DNA of 64,000 nt from a virus (Duplodnaviria > Heunggongvirae > Uroviricota > Caudoviricetes). This document shows positions 18,348 to 27,923 of the stretch, piece by piece. A program made the position numbers and the translations under genes. The first letter of the stretch is position 1. Every line of letters starts with the position of its first letter. The stretch is taken from positions 28,088 through 92,087 of the IMG/VR virus record IMGVR_UViG_3300028887_000001. One strand, written 5' to 3'. Under the pieces are notes generated by a model that did no database searches, was not told the origin of the DNA, and worked only from the letters and a program-made list of their open reading frames with translations.

Positions 18348-18929
18348 TTGTTATGTATTATGGAATCTGGTGTATTAGATACGTCTAGTTTATATGAGTA
18401 TTTGGATGGGGATTATGGTATTCCCTTATATGAGAAGGCTCGAAAGTGTTTATGTAATGTTGATTTGGTAATGGATGAGTGGTTGGTTCACGGTTATAGT
18501 GGTGATATTGGTTCTGACATTATAAAGAATGGTTTCAGCAATGGTTTGTCGAGGGAATCCTTAAATAGTTACAGTATGAATTATGGTATTGGTGAGCATT
18601 TGGATAGTGGTTATTCTTGGGCATACAAAGCTGAATATTTTACAGACAAGTTGAGAGGGGTTGATTATGGTAATTCGATTTTATTTCAGGCGAGTGGTAT
18701 AGAATATTGTAATTATCATGATTGTGACAGGCAGGTTATATTTTACAATAAAAGTGCCATAAACAGGATTCTCATTTACAAGTATGATGGTATTTTATAT
18801 GGTGTTGGCTGTATTAATGGTAGTCCTTTATATGTTGGTTATTTCGGTGATGTTATTGAATGGTGTATAAAAAACTTTGAGCAATATAAAGAGCATCTTT
18901 TATCCAATACAGAAATACCAAATCAATAA
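18348..18929 (+). CDS. hypothetical protein, weakly ADP-ribosyltransferase-like
   Basis: WLVHG..IIKNGF..YSWAY..QVIF spacing; TATTTAT upstream. Confidence 0.55.
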   Translation: MLCIMESGVLDTSSLYEYLDGDYGIPLYEKARKCLCNVDLVMDEWLVHGYSGDIGSDIIKNGFSNGLSRESLNSYSMNYGIGEHLDSGYSWAYKAEYFTDKLRGVDYGNSILFQASGIEYCNYHDCDRQVIFYNKSAINRILIYKYDGILYGVGCINGSPLYVGYFGDVIEWCIKNFEQYKEHLLSNTEIPNQ

Positions 18930-19020
18930 ATTTAGGTAATGATATAGAAGTTGGCTTAAATAATTGTCACATATAGATATTTATTATAGACAGATATAAA
19001 GGAAATATAAGTATTATAGT

Positions 19021-19794
19021 ATGAAGAAGTTGATTAGGCTAACCGAGGGTGATTTGCACAGGATTATTAGAGAGTCTGTTCGTATGGCATTGAATGAGAG
19101 TGATGAGGGGATTATGGATAAGTGTTCTGAGTACAAGTCCATATTGGAGAGGGAGTATTCAGATGCTGCGAAGGCTGTTTCCTCTTGCAGTTCCACGTTT
19201 CATAATGGTATTGCTCCTTCTTTGCGTTCGATGGGTTATACAGTAAAGTCGAATGGTGACAATTGGGTATGGTTTTACAGCCCAAGCAGGCTTTTTTGTT
19301 TTTATGCTTGCAGTTTTGGTGAGCCTTGGAAGTTAACTGAGAATATTGTAATGGATTTTTCGAATTACACATGGAAGGAGCGTTATCAATATCCCAATTA
19401 TTATCACACGTTGAATTACAAGAAATTCAGGCTTAATGATTTTGAGAAACTATACCTTAAGATGTCTGAAGAGATTGGTGAGCCTGTTATTATAGAGCCG
19501 GCCAAAATAGTTAGTGAAAAGATAGGGAATTATGAAAAGTTCACAGTCTATAGACGGGGAAATAGAACATATGAGGAAATAAAAGAGTTCGATAACTTCG
19601 AAGACGCTAAAAAATTAGCCTATAACCTGGCAAAACAAGAATGTGAAAAAGGAAAAGCAAGACGAGACTCAATTAGCCCATACTACAACTCAAGACCGCT
19701 AGACATAACTAAACAGCATACCGATTGTGCTGTAGCATATGAATACTATGAATATAATGAGTATTCTTATTATTTCTCTGTAGAGGCTGAATAA
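19021..19794 (+). CDS. leader-bearing hypothetical protein
   Basis: LIRLTEGDLHRIIRESVRMALNE. Confidence 0.85.
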   Translation: MKKLIRLTEGDLHRIIRESVRMALNESDEGIMDKCSEYKSILEREYSDAAKAVSSCSSTFHNGIAPSLRSMGYTVKSNGDNWVWFYSPSRLFCFYACSFGEPWKLTENIVMDFSNYTWKERYQYPNYYHTLNYKKFRLNDFEKLYLKMSEEIGEPVIIEPAKIVSEKIGNYEKFTVYRRGNRTYEEIKEFDNFEDAKKLAYNLAKQECEKGKARRDSISPYYNSRPLDITKQHTDCAVAYEYYEYNEYSYYFSVEAE

Positions 19795-19803
19795 TAAAAA
19801 ACA

Positions 19804-19834
19804 AGCACCTTACTTATTGGGGTGCTTTTATTTT
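19804..19834 (+). terminator. AAGCACC..GGTGCTT hairpin terminator
   Basis: member of 5-copy hairpin family. Confidence 0.7.
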
Positions 19835-20179
19835 ACCATAAGTCATTATAATTCAACAATTTAAGCCTTCTTTAATTTTTAGATATGAATTTTACTCTTA
19901 TAATTGCTTATATTTTAGTTAGTTAGGTGTAAAAATAGGGTGTTGTCAGGTCACTTGTTATAAGGAAATTTTTGTTATTCAAAACGAGACAAGTCAAGTG
20001 TATGAATTTTAATTGTTTAAGTCCAAAAATCGTGTCACCGCAGGTATACTTGTTATATACCTATGCTGACAAATTATATCATATCTGATATAGTTTGTTT
20101 TATTGTTCTTGAAATTATATCACATCGGATATATTTATTGTATAAAAGTAATATATTAAATTAAATTATAATAAAAAAT

Positions 20180-20503
20180 ATGAAGAAGGTGATTAGGTTG
20201 GCAGAGTGTGATTTACGCAATATGATTATGGAATCCATATCGAGTGTGTTGGAGGATTTCCAGCCGTATATAAGTGACAAGTCATTGGATGCGATGAGCA
20301 GGGCTTTTTGTGATTATGTAAAGGGCTCTGACATTCTTTCTCGTGACATTAAGGTTGTTCGTGGTGAGATTGTTCCTGATGCATTATACAGTGAGGAGAG
20401 GGGTGTATATTATAATGGCCTGATGCCTGGTGATGTTGTCATTGAATATCCAGGTGGTTGGAGGCATACGTTAATAAGAAAGGCTAAGTGGGGGAACTTT
20501 TAA
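20180..20503 (+). CDS. leader-bearing hypothetical protein
   Basis: VIRLAECDLRNMIMESISSVLE. Confidence 0.8.
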   Translation: MKKVIRLAECDLRNMIMESISSVLEDFQPYISDKSLDAMSRAFCDYVKGSDILSRDIKVVRGEIVPDALYSEERGVYYNGLMPGDVVIEYPGGWRHTLIRKAKWGNF

Positions 20504-20985
20504 TGTACAGTTTCAGTGTTTCTGATTTGCGCAATATCATTCATGAGTCAATGAAGGATATGTTGGTCGATAACAATGGCCGTTATGAGGTTTGGTATCG
20601 TGGTTATAATTCAAAGTATGGTTCAAAACATGGTGAATTATATTGGTTAACAGATGATATAAGTTATGCCAGGACATATGGAAACAGGGTTGAAGAGGTA
20701 ATAATAGACATGAACAAATTGAATCTTGCTTCCATTTATGATTGTGATGGTGTCTTGGGCTATGAGATTGATTACTTTGATGGTCCTGATGAGGATGGTA
20801 TAAAAGAACTGTTATCAAATGGGTATGGTGGTTATTGTTTTGAAGCCAACTCTAATAGTTCTGACTGTATCTGTTTATGGGATTTGTCTTGTATTGTTAG
20901 TGCCAGGGAATTGTCAAGAGAGGAATTCAATAATATAGAATTATATGACGATTTTGATAATCCTGGATATGACGATTTATATTAA
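20503..20985 (+). CDS. leader-bearing ADP-ribosyltransferase-like protein
   Basis: SDLRNIIHES leader; WYRG...YWLTDDISYARTYG...GYGG pattern typical of phage ART-fold domains. Confidence 0.6.
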   Translation: MYSFSVSDLRNIIHESMKDMLVDNNGRYEVWYRGYNSKYGSKHGELYWLTDDISYARTYGNRVEEVIIDMNKLNLASIYDCDGVLGYEIDYFDGPDEDGIKELLSNGYGGYCFEANSNSSDCICLWDLSCIVSARELSREEFNNIELYDDFDNPGYDDLY

Positions 20986-21009
20986 TGCAATAACACATGG
21001 CGAAAAAAT

Positions 21010-21044
21010 AAGCACCCCATTTATTAGTGGAGTGCTTTTATTTT
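21010..21044. terminator. bidirectional AAGCAC..GTGCTT terminator
   Basis: between convergent genes. Confidence 0.7.
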
Positions 21045-21058
21045 GCGTTTTAATTAAC

Positions 21059-21328
21059 TTAGTTATTTGAGAAATATTCTTGATATTCCTCGTCATAATA
21101 AAGGTCACAGGCCATTTCCATGTGTTCGATAAATTCTTTTATTTGGTCTTCATTAAGAAAGTTATACATTTCATCAATCATGGCGTCTGCACCAACAGTG
21201 TCTTTTAGGTTATTCCATTTTCCACAATCCTCTGTGCTTGTTGTGCCTTCTGTTATCACCTTATTAATTGATTTTCTAACAATTCTTTTTAACTCACTTT
21301 CTGTGAGGCTAATTTGTTTTCTCTTCAT
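21059..21328 (-). CDS. leader-bearing small protein
   Basis: ISLTESELKRIVRKSINKVITE. Confidence 0.8.
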   Translation of the reverse strand: MKRKQISLTESELKRIVRKSINKVITEGTTSTEDCGKWNNLKDTVGADAMIDEMYNFLNEDQIKEFIEHMEMACDLYYDEEYQEYFSNN

Positions 21329-21410
21329 AATGTGCTTTATTATTTTAATATAAATATAACAATTGTTTAATATTTATTATAGTAGATAAAAATATAAAAT
21401 ATAAAATAAT

Positions 21411-21875
21411 ATGAACACTTTAAATTCTTATGGATACAATGACGGTGACAACAGCTTATTGTCATTGAAGATGAAACAACAGGCAATTGACAACGCCCAA
21501 GACAAAAAGATTGATAATTTAAGCAAACAATCTGGTGGAGATGTTTTGGAAATACGCCCAGACACACAAAATGTTGGTGAACATACTGAACTAACAAAAG
21601 AACAGGCTGTTGAAATACTTAATATTTCAGAAAATGATTTCGATAAATTAATGAGTGGGAAAATTGAACAAGTTATTTTTGTCCTTACTGATGGCACTGA
21701 AATTATTGAAAGGTGTAGAATAAATGTGTTTTATTATTCTTTCATTAGAGATGGTGATGATTTTCAACAGACCGTAGTGGCAAATCAATTTATTATGTCT
21801 GAAAAAATGAAATTTGGCTTTACTTGCGGTCTTAATGGTGGTCTTTATGATGTTGTAATAAATGCTGTTGGTTAG
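21411..21875 (+). CDS. hypothetical protein with N-terminal NSYGY motif
   Basis: MNTLNSYGY; TATTTAT upstream. Confidence 0.75.
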   Translation: MNTLNSYGYNDGDNSLLSLKMKQQAIDNAQDKKIDNLSKQSGGDVLEIRPDTQNVGEHTELTKEQAVEILNISENDFDKLMSGKIEQVIFVLTDGTEIIERCRINVFYYSFIRDGDDFQQTVVANQFIMSEKMKFGFTCGLNGGLYDVVINAVG

Positions 21876-21893
21876 GTTATAATTTAATTAAAC

Positions 21894-22373
21894 ATGAAGG
21901 TAGTGATGAATCTTAACGAGAATTATTTACATAAGGTAATAAGGGAATCAATTAATAAGGTTCTCAATGAGGCAATTGATAGGAGTGGTTTGATTAAAGA
22001 TGTTCTTTTTAACGGTGAATTTTATAACCCGAACAATGCGGGTGGCTACGACATTGGGGTTGGCTATGGTTGTGGAACCGAGAAGGAGTTTTTCTCGCCG
22101 CATTCAGAAAGAATGGAATATTCTTATTGTCATGTAAGTGTTGATGAGATTAACCAGGTTGTTGAAGAGTTGAAGGAGCGTGGGTATGAGTTTGAGAATA
22201 AGGGTGAATATGTTTGCATGAAAGGTGAAAGAAGACCTTTCAAGCCATTTATCCCAATGAAGCCAAGAGGTGATAAAAGGGGTGGTGCAATAAATCCAAA
22301 TTTAGACCCTGTCGGATATTATAGTGACAGATTGTTTAAGAATAGTGATGGTGGAAACCTTCATTTGTTTTAG
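21894..22373 (+). CDS. leader-bearing hypothetical protein
   Basis: MNLNENYLHKVIRESINKVLNE. Confidence 0.8.
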   Translation: MKVVMNLNENYLHKVIRESINKVLNEAIDRSGLIKDVLFNGEFYNPNNAGGYDIGVGYGCGTEKEFFSPHSERMEYSYCHVSVDEINQVVEELKERGYEFENKGEYVCMKGERRPFKPFIPMKPRGDKRGGAINPNLDPVGYYSDRLFKNSDGGNLHLF

Positions 22374-22475
22374 ATTGGTTATTTAGTGAATGAAAAAAGC
22401 ACCTCGTTTATATGTGGCGCTTTTTTTTTTGTGACTACAGACAAGATATTTATATTATAAATAAAAGAATATTAT

Positions 22476-25004
22476 ATGATTATAAGAAGTAAAAAAATTC
22501 AACAGAGTGCTGAGGAATTGGATTCAATTCTTATTGGTAGAACAGATGATGGTATTGTTAACACATTGCCGGAGGTTTTTGACTATATTGATGGTGGTGA
22601 CACTGCGTTTGTGGTTAGTCTTTCAAAATATGGTATAACTGAGGGTGATATTGTAAAGGGTGATGATGGTCATTACTCTTCTAGTGAATATGATGCCATG
22701 TATAATAATATGATTGGTTTCAATCTTGCTTTCAAGGATGCAATAAATTCAAATTCATCGAAGGTTATTGTGCCAAAAGGTACATATTGTTTCTGTCCGG
22801 TTGAGACGACAAGTGGTTGTTATCAAATACTTCAAATATATGACGCGAATAGTATGACGTTTGATTTTAATGGTTCGACGTTCAAATTATGTTTTGATTC
22901 GACACAAAGAAGTCAATACCACACATATAATAGTGAGACTGTCTATGATTCAAGGGCGAGTTTACTTTGTGTTGTGACAAGCACGGATGTGGTTATAGAG
23001 AATCTTGTTTGTGTTGGTGATAGGCAAGAAAGGTCATACATTGAAAATGGTGAAAAGAACCAACAGGGAACCAGGGGTATATGTGTTGGCCCATTCTGTG
23101 ACAACATTGAAATTGTAAGGTGTGATGTGTCTGAATTCATGGCAAGTGCTATTAGTACGTGTGGATATCAAATATCAAGAAGCAGTTCAATGAACATGAA
23201 TACAAACAGAAAGAACACTGGAACGTTTACAAATTATGGATATTATTATGCCTATGATGGGTGGACAGTAACAAAAGTTAATTCAACAAGTAGTGATTTT
23301 TATACAATATCTGGTTTCATTGATTGTAGTGGCGTGTATAAAGAAGAGTTCAAACAATTATCTAAAAGGGTTAAATTCCTTGCGGATAATAAAATCTATG
23401 CACTTTGGCATAATAGTGGTTATAGTCATATGATTGATAGTACTAGATATATTACACTTTTGACTTATGAAACAACTGACCAAGAATTGCCATCAAGAAT
23501 ATTAAGGGTTGAACAATTAAGTAATTTCCAGTTGCAGAACAATGAAAGGTATGTTAGGGTTCAGTGTTCTGATGAGGTTGATGTTCCAAATCCGGTTGAT
23601 GGTGAGGAATTAAGCACTACCACACATAAGATGTATATTCGTTATGCTGACCTTGGGAGACAGACAATAAGGAATTGTTATATTCATGATAATTTCCTTG
23701 GTGGCATGTCTGGGAATGGTGGAGACATGTTAATATGTGATAATGTGTTTAAAAAGACATATACAAATGGTTCTGACACATATCTTGTTGAAGGAACTAA
23801 TTTCCATTTTGATGGTGAGGACACAAATGGTGGAACATATACATTCAAAAGAAATAAATTTATTTCAATGGGTGGTATTGGTAAATTACTCTTTCCATAT
23901 TCACCTAAGAGGCTAATATTTGTTGAAAACCACTGTCAATGTGGAATAACCACTGGTAAACAACACGAGATAGTAATAGCAAATAACTACTTTGGCGGTT
24001 CTATATCGTTTGGTACATTTATTGGCCAGAATGGGGAATATGATATCAATGGTGGTAGAACATTAAGGAGGCATATTGAGGTGTATGGAAACATCGCTAA
24101 AGGTATTGGTTTTGAAAGTACATACTTAACTGAGGCTAAAGTATACAATAATAGATTTGAGATAACGTCAAATATTAATATTGGTAAATTATCATCACAA
24201 TATAATGGTGGAAAGACAAGTTCTGTTGATTTTTCTAATAATTTAATTATATTTAAGAAATCGAGTGGGTCAGCAGTAATGTCATATGTTGGTCGTAATA
24301 ACACATTAAAGTCAGACACAATTATAGAGAATTTTGGAACACCGTTCTTGGAAAATACAAAGTATGATACGGAGAAGCTACAGCCATACACAAATTCATA
24401 TTTTGATAAGGTTGTATACGATAATTTGCATATAACAAAAACTGTTGGTATGTATGTAAATATGTATTGTGACGTTGAGTTCAACAATTGTGTATTTGAT
24501 GCTCCGATGTGGTATTCTCCAGACATCAATAATTCGTTAACAATAACATACCGTAATTGTACATTTAATTCTCAATTTACTTCAATAGGCTCCAACTCAT
24601 CAGCCATAAAAGTGTCGGATGGTACATTAAAGGTGGTGTTTATAGGCTGCACATTTAATGTGGACGCCCTTTGTGGAAAATTTAGAAGTAATCGTGACGT
24701 GTACATAGAAGCAATTGATTGTGTTGCTGGTGTAAAAGAAGACACAACGCCATACTCTGCATTAGTAGCGTCTAACACAAGTGTTTCCGCATATAACAGG
24801 ACTCTTGTGTCTCAAAGTTCAGGGACATCTTATGAAAGGCCTCAATTCCCGCCATTGTATTATCAATATTTTGATACAACATTGGGGTATCCAATATACG
24901 CCTTAGAAATAGACAGTATAACCGGTGAGGTTTTATGGATAAGTGGAGATGGTGGAATAGAACAGATAGGTGGTGGCGGACATATTAAGTCTGCCGGAGT
25001 ATAG
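22476..25004 (+). CDS. right-handed beta-helix protein (tailspike / depolymerase-like)
   Basis: VIVPKGTY entry motif, Asn/Gly/Cys parallel beta-helix repeats, C-terminal GTSxERP..YFDTTLGxPI..W motif common in tail proteins. Confidence 0.7.
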   Translation: MIIRSKKIQQSAEELDSILIGRTDDGIVNTLPEVFDYIDGGDTAFVVSLSKYGITEGDIVKGDDGHYSSSEYDAMYNNMIGFNLAFKDAINSNSSKVIVPKGTYCFCPVETTSGCYQILQIYDANSMTFDFNGSTFKLCFDSTQRSQYHTYNSETVYDSRASLLCVVTSTDVVIENLVCVGDRQERSYIENGEKNQQGTRGICVGPFCDNIEIVRCDVSEFMASAISTCGYQISRSSSMNMNTNRKNTGTFTNYGYYYAYDGWTVTKVNSTSSDFYTISGFIDCSGVYKEEFKQLSKRVKFLADNKIYALWHNSGYSHMIDSTRYITLLTYETTDQELPSRILRVEQLSNFQLQNNERYVRVQCSDEVDVPNPVDGEELSTTTHKMYIRYADLGRQTIRNCYIHDNFLGGMSGNGGDMLICDNVFKKTYTNGSDTYLVEGTNFHFDGEDTNGGTYTFKRNKFISMGGIGKLLFPYSPKRLIFVENHCQCGITTGKQHEIVIANNYFGGSISFGTFIGQNGEYDINGGRTLRRHIEVYGNIAKGIGFESTYLTEAKVYNNRFEITSNINIGKLSSQYNGGKTSSVDFSNNLIIFKKSSGSAVMSYVGRNNTLKSDTIIENFGTPFLENTKYDTEKLQPYTNSYFDKVVYDNLHITKTVGMYVNMYCDVEFNNCVFDAPMWYSPDINNSLTITYRNCTFNSQFTSIGSNSSAIKVSDGTLKVVFIGCTFNVDALCGKFRSNRDVYIEAIDCVAGVKEDTTPYSALVASNTSVSAYNRTLVSQSSGTSYERPQFPPLYYQYFDTTLGYPIYALEIDSITGEVLWISGDGGIEQIGGGGHIKSAGV

Positions 25005-25033
25005 CTTAATGTTGGTTTATTGATAAAGACATT

Positions 25034-25065
25034 AAAAGCACCCCATTAATTGAGGTGCTTTTTTT
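25034..25065. terminator. bidirectional AAGCACC..GGTGCTT terminator
   Basis: hairpin with A/T tails. Confidence 0.7.
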
Positions 25066-25113
25066 CTATTGATATAATATGTTTTTATGCATATACATGC
25101 CCATTCTTTCATG

Positions 25114-25398
25114 TTATGCCCAGTGTATGTTTAACATTCCGATATTTGTTGGTTCTGTGTTCACCCATTCTGCTGTAAATCCATAGTATCCAAGTACCTT
25201 TGGAATCATTTGTACGTCATATGTTGAAATCATCTTAAAGTCGAAATCGATTGATGCCATGTATTGTCCGTTTTCTACAGCATTCATTATATTGTTTTCG
25301 ATTTTTTCCATTATGACTGGGTGGCTTTTCTCGTATTTAATTGTATACAAGAGTGATTTGTTTCTTGTTAATTCGTTGTAAAATGATGCCTTTTTCAT
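25114..25398 (-). CDS. hypothetical protein
   Basis: start at MKKAS. Confidence 0.65.
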   Translation of the reverse strand: MKKASFYNELTRNKSLLYTIKYEKSHPVIMEKIENNIMNAVENGQYMASIDFDFKMISTYDVQMIPKVLGYYGFTAEWVNTEPTNIGMLNIHWA

Positions 25399-25445
25399 AT
25401 TATTTTTTTTTTTAATGATTATTAATTTATAATTTAAATGTTTAT

Positions 25446-25688
25446 TTATCCTGCACAAGTGCAATGGTCATTAGTTTTCTTGAAAAAGAACTTATATTTT
25501 CCACTCCAATCTTTACCGAATACCCAATATAGATTATCAGTTCCGCAAAACACTAATTGATGCATATTAGGAGACTTTGCATATTCAATGGTTTCAAGTT
25601 GGATATGGGGTACATTCCAATTCCAATGAATTACTAATTTCTTTTTTTCTTTGTTTCTATATACAGTAAATCTAAACCATTTACTCAT
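25446..25688 (-). CDS. hypothetical protein
   Basis: ATG ORF. Confidence 0.6.
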   Translation of the reverse strand: MSKWFRFTVYRNKEKKKLVIHWNWNVPHIQLETIEYAKSPNMHQLVFCGTDNLYWVFGKDWSGKYKFFFKKTNDHCTCAG

Positions 25689-25705
25689 AACTTATTCTCC
25701 TTTCT

Positions 25706-25900
25706 TTAAATAAATGTCATTCCAACTTCTTCTCTTTTTCCAATCAGCTTTTCAACTAATTCCTCTTTAGACAACTTCATAAGTTCTGCTCTTTCTCTAT
25801 CATAAAGAGCAAGCATATCATCATGAGTTATTGTAAGTGCTTTAGTAAATGCTTTAGGTTCTTCGTAATATTCAATTGTTTTAACTATCCTCGCTTCCAT
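25706..25900 (-). CDS. hypothetical protein
   Basis: ATG ORF. Confidence 0.65.
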   Translation of the reverse strand: MEARIVKTIEYYEEPKAFTKALTITHDDMLALYDRERAELMKLSKEELVEKLIGKREEVGMTFI

Positions 25901-25902
25901 AA

Positions 25903-26388
25903 CTAATCAATCATTAAATAATCTCGTACAAGGTCTTCATTCTCCTTGAGGAACAGGTCTCTTTGTTCAGCAGTATGGAAAGCAAGGAAATGATAGGTAG
26001 TATGGTGGAAACCACGAAGAATTTTACTCTCATCCCTATATATTGTATATTTTCCTTTACAATATGTTGTAATTTTCCATTCGTCATCAGTAACAACACC
26101 ACCAAATCTTTCATCATTAGCCATAATCTGACTAATTCTTGCCATAGCAAGTGCTGACTTAGCTTGCTTTTCTGTTGCAAAGAAATGATAAGCGTTAGAA
26201 ACATTCTGTAGGTTTGAAATACTTCTGATTTTAGAACTTATGTCTATATAATAACCGCTAAGGATTTTATCTGTATCATCCCTCCACCTTTTATTTTGGA
26301 CTGGTTTGAACCTAATGCACTCAAAAGTAGAGTTTTCTTTGTCAATCTCGAAGCCTTCGGGAGGCGTAATTTTAATTTCCTTTTCCAT
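25903..26388 (-). CDS. hypothetical protein (PEGxEIDKExS N-terminus)
   Basis: ORF behind sigma-A promoter at ~26419-26453. Confidence 0.75.
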   Translation of the reverse strand: MEKEIKITPPEGFEIDKENSTFECIRFKPVQNKRWRDDTDKILSGYYIDISSKIRSISNLQNVSNAYHFFATEKQAKSALAMARISQIMANDERFGGVVTDDEWKITTYCKGKYTIYRDESKILRGFHHTTYHFLAFHTAEQRDLFLKENEDLVRDYLMID

Positions 26389-26521
26389 AGTTATTCACTT
26401 TTTATTTTTCATTTCTGCTGCAAAGATATGGCAACTTTTTCTAATTTACAAATTATTTGGGTTAAAAAATGTTAATTATTTGAGTTTTTAAATGTTTCTC
26501 ATTGTGGTTATAAACATATTA

Positions 26522-26725
26522 TTAAAATTCAATTAGTTTAAAATATTCATTAAATGTTTTCTCATCAAAATATTCATAATATTTCCAATCTCCGTTTATG
26601 TACACTTTATAGTATAGTGGATATATGTCAACCTGGTATTCGTGTCTTTGTAGGAAGAACACGTTGTCGTTGATGTAATATTGTTTAATGCAAGTGCAAG
26701 TCCATTCTTTAATATTATTTTTCAT
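26522..26725 (-). CDS. hypothetical protein
   Basis: overlaps upstream gene by 4 nt. Confidence 0.6.
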   Translation of the reverse strand: MKNNIKEWTCTCIKQYYINDNVFFLQRHEYQVDIYPLYYKVYINGDWKYYEYFDEKTFNEYFKLIEF

Positions 26726-27210
26726 ATTATTTGTTTTTCTCCTATGTATCTTTTTAACATTTCCAATGCAATATCATTTGCAAAATACATTTCACTGTTT
26801 GTTGCGCAATAATCTTTCAGGACAAAGGGCATGATTTCATTCTCAAACAAATCAACGGCACATTTTGTCACACACACGTCTGTTTCTATTCCGCACACAT
26901 CTATTTTGTTGATGTTGTTTTGTTTTAATAGATTTAAGAAGTTGTCATCAACGCATGAATAATTGTGTTTATCGATTATAATTGAATCTTGTTTTGGTTT
27001 GAATGCGAGTTTTATATCTTCTTCGTCTTCTGGTTTCAATTTGTTATAATTTAGAAGTGTTCTGAACAATGGGTTGTGTTTGTTAATGAATCTTGTTATA
27101 AACACAATATCATAGTCATATTGCAGCTTTTCAACAAGGCTTGGTATGTGCTTTGTTTTATCTGTAATAAATCCATTTTGTACATCAACTATTAATAATG
27201 CTCTTTTCAT
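26722..27210 (-). CDS. isochorismatase / nicotinamidase-family cysteine hydrolase
   Basis: ALLIVDVQNGF (Asp), IIDK (Lys), GIETDVCV (Cys) triad. Confidence 0.85.
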   Translation of the reverse strand: MKRALLIVDVQNGFITDKTKHIPSLVEKLQYDYDIVFITRFINKHNPLFRTLLNYNKLKPEDEEDIKLAFKPKQDSIIIDKHNYSCVDDNFLNLLKQNNINKIDVCGIETDVCVTKCAVDLFENEIMPFVLKDYCATNSEMYFANDIALEMLKRYIGEKQII

Positions 27211-27295
27211 GTTGCAAAAATACTAAAATATTTTTTAATAATAAAAGTCATTGTTAGGTATTTTGATATTTATAAGTAAAAATAAATAAAAGCAT

Positions 27296-27865
27296 ATGAA
27301 TTGTTTAAATAGTTATGGATATGATGTGGCACAACATAATCTTGTGTCAATAAAGCGTAGAATAGACGCAAAGTTAAATAGTTGTAAAGCTGAATGTGAT
27401 TCGTGTGGTGATGCTGCTTTCAAATTGAAAATAATTTGTGGGAATAATGAAGAATTTAGAGACCAAAGAGCAACAAGTTGGTTTGATGAAAATATTAAAG
27501 AACAAGATGTTTTGTATGATTTGTGGTCTCAGGGTGAGTTTTATTTGAGAATTTTACAAGGATATGATGACGGAGATTCTTACACCACCGCTGTACAATT
27601 TATAATAAGCAACCCATTTTGTGCATTGGAAATAATTTCGAGAATTTATTCGGATGGTGAAACTGGTGATTCAATGATTGATGTGGATTTACCTTTCGCT
27701 ATAGAAAATAATAGTTCATATAGTGACGAAGAACTTGGGTATAATTGTAAGTCTTTATTAGAAGATTTCTTTACTTATGCCCTACAGAATGATTTCTATT
27801 ATGATTTGACGTTAGGTTCATTTGACCACAAAGGGGGTGGAGAAACACCAACAAAAAGTTTTTGA
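27296..27865 (+). CDS. hypothetical protein with N-terminal NSYGY motif
   Basis: MNCLNSYGY; TATTTAT upstream. Confidence 0.75.
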   Translation: MNCLNSYGYDVAQHNLVSIKRRIDAKLNSCKAECDSCGDAAFKLKIICGNNEEFRDQRATSWFDENIKEQDVLYDLWSQGEFYLRILQGYDDGDSYTTAVQFIISNPFCALEIISRIYSDGETGDSMIDVDLPFAIENNSSYSDEELGYNCKSLLEDFFTYALQNDFYYDLTLGSFDHKGGGETPTKSF

Positions 27866-27876
27866 TAATAACCAAG

Positions 27877-27906
27877 AAAAAAGCACCTCAAAACTGGGGT
27901 GCTTTT
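27877..27906. terminator. bidirectional AAGCACC..GGTGCTT terminator
   Basis: between convergent genes. Confidence 0.7.
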
Positions 27907-27923
27907 AATTTATCAAACAATAT

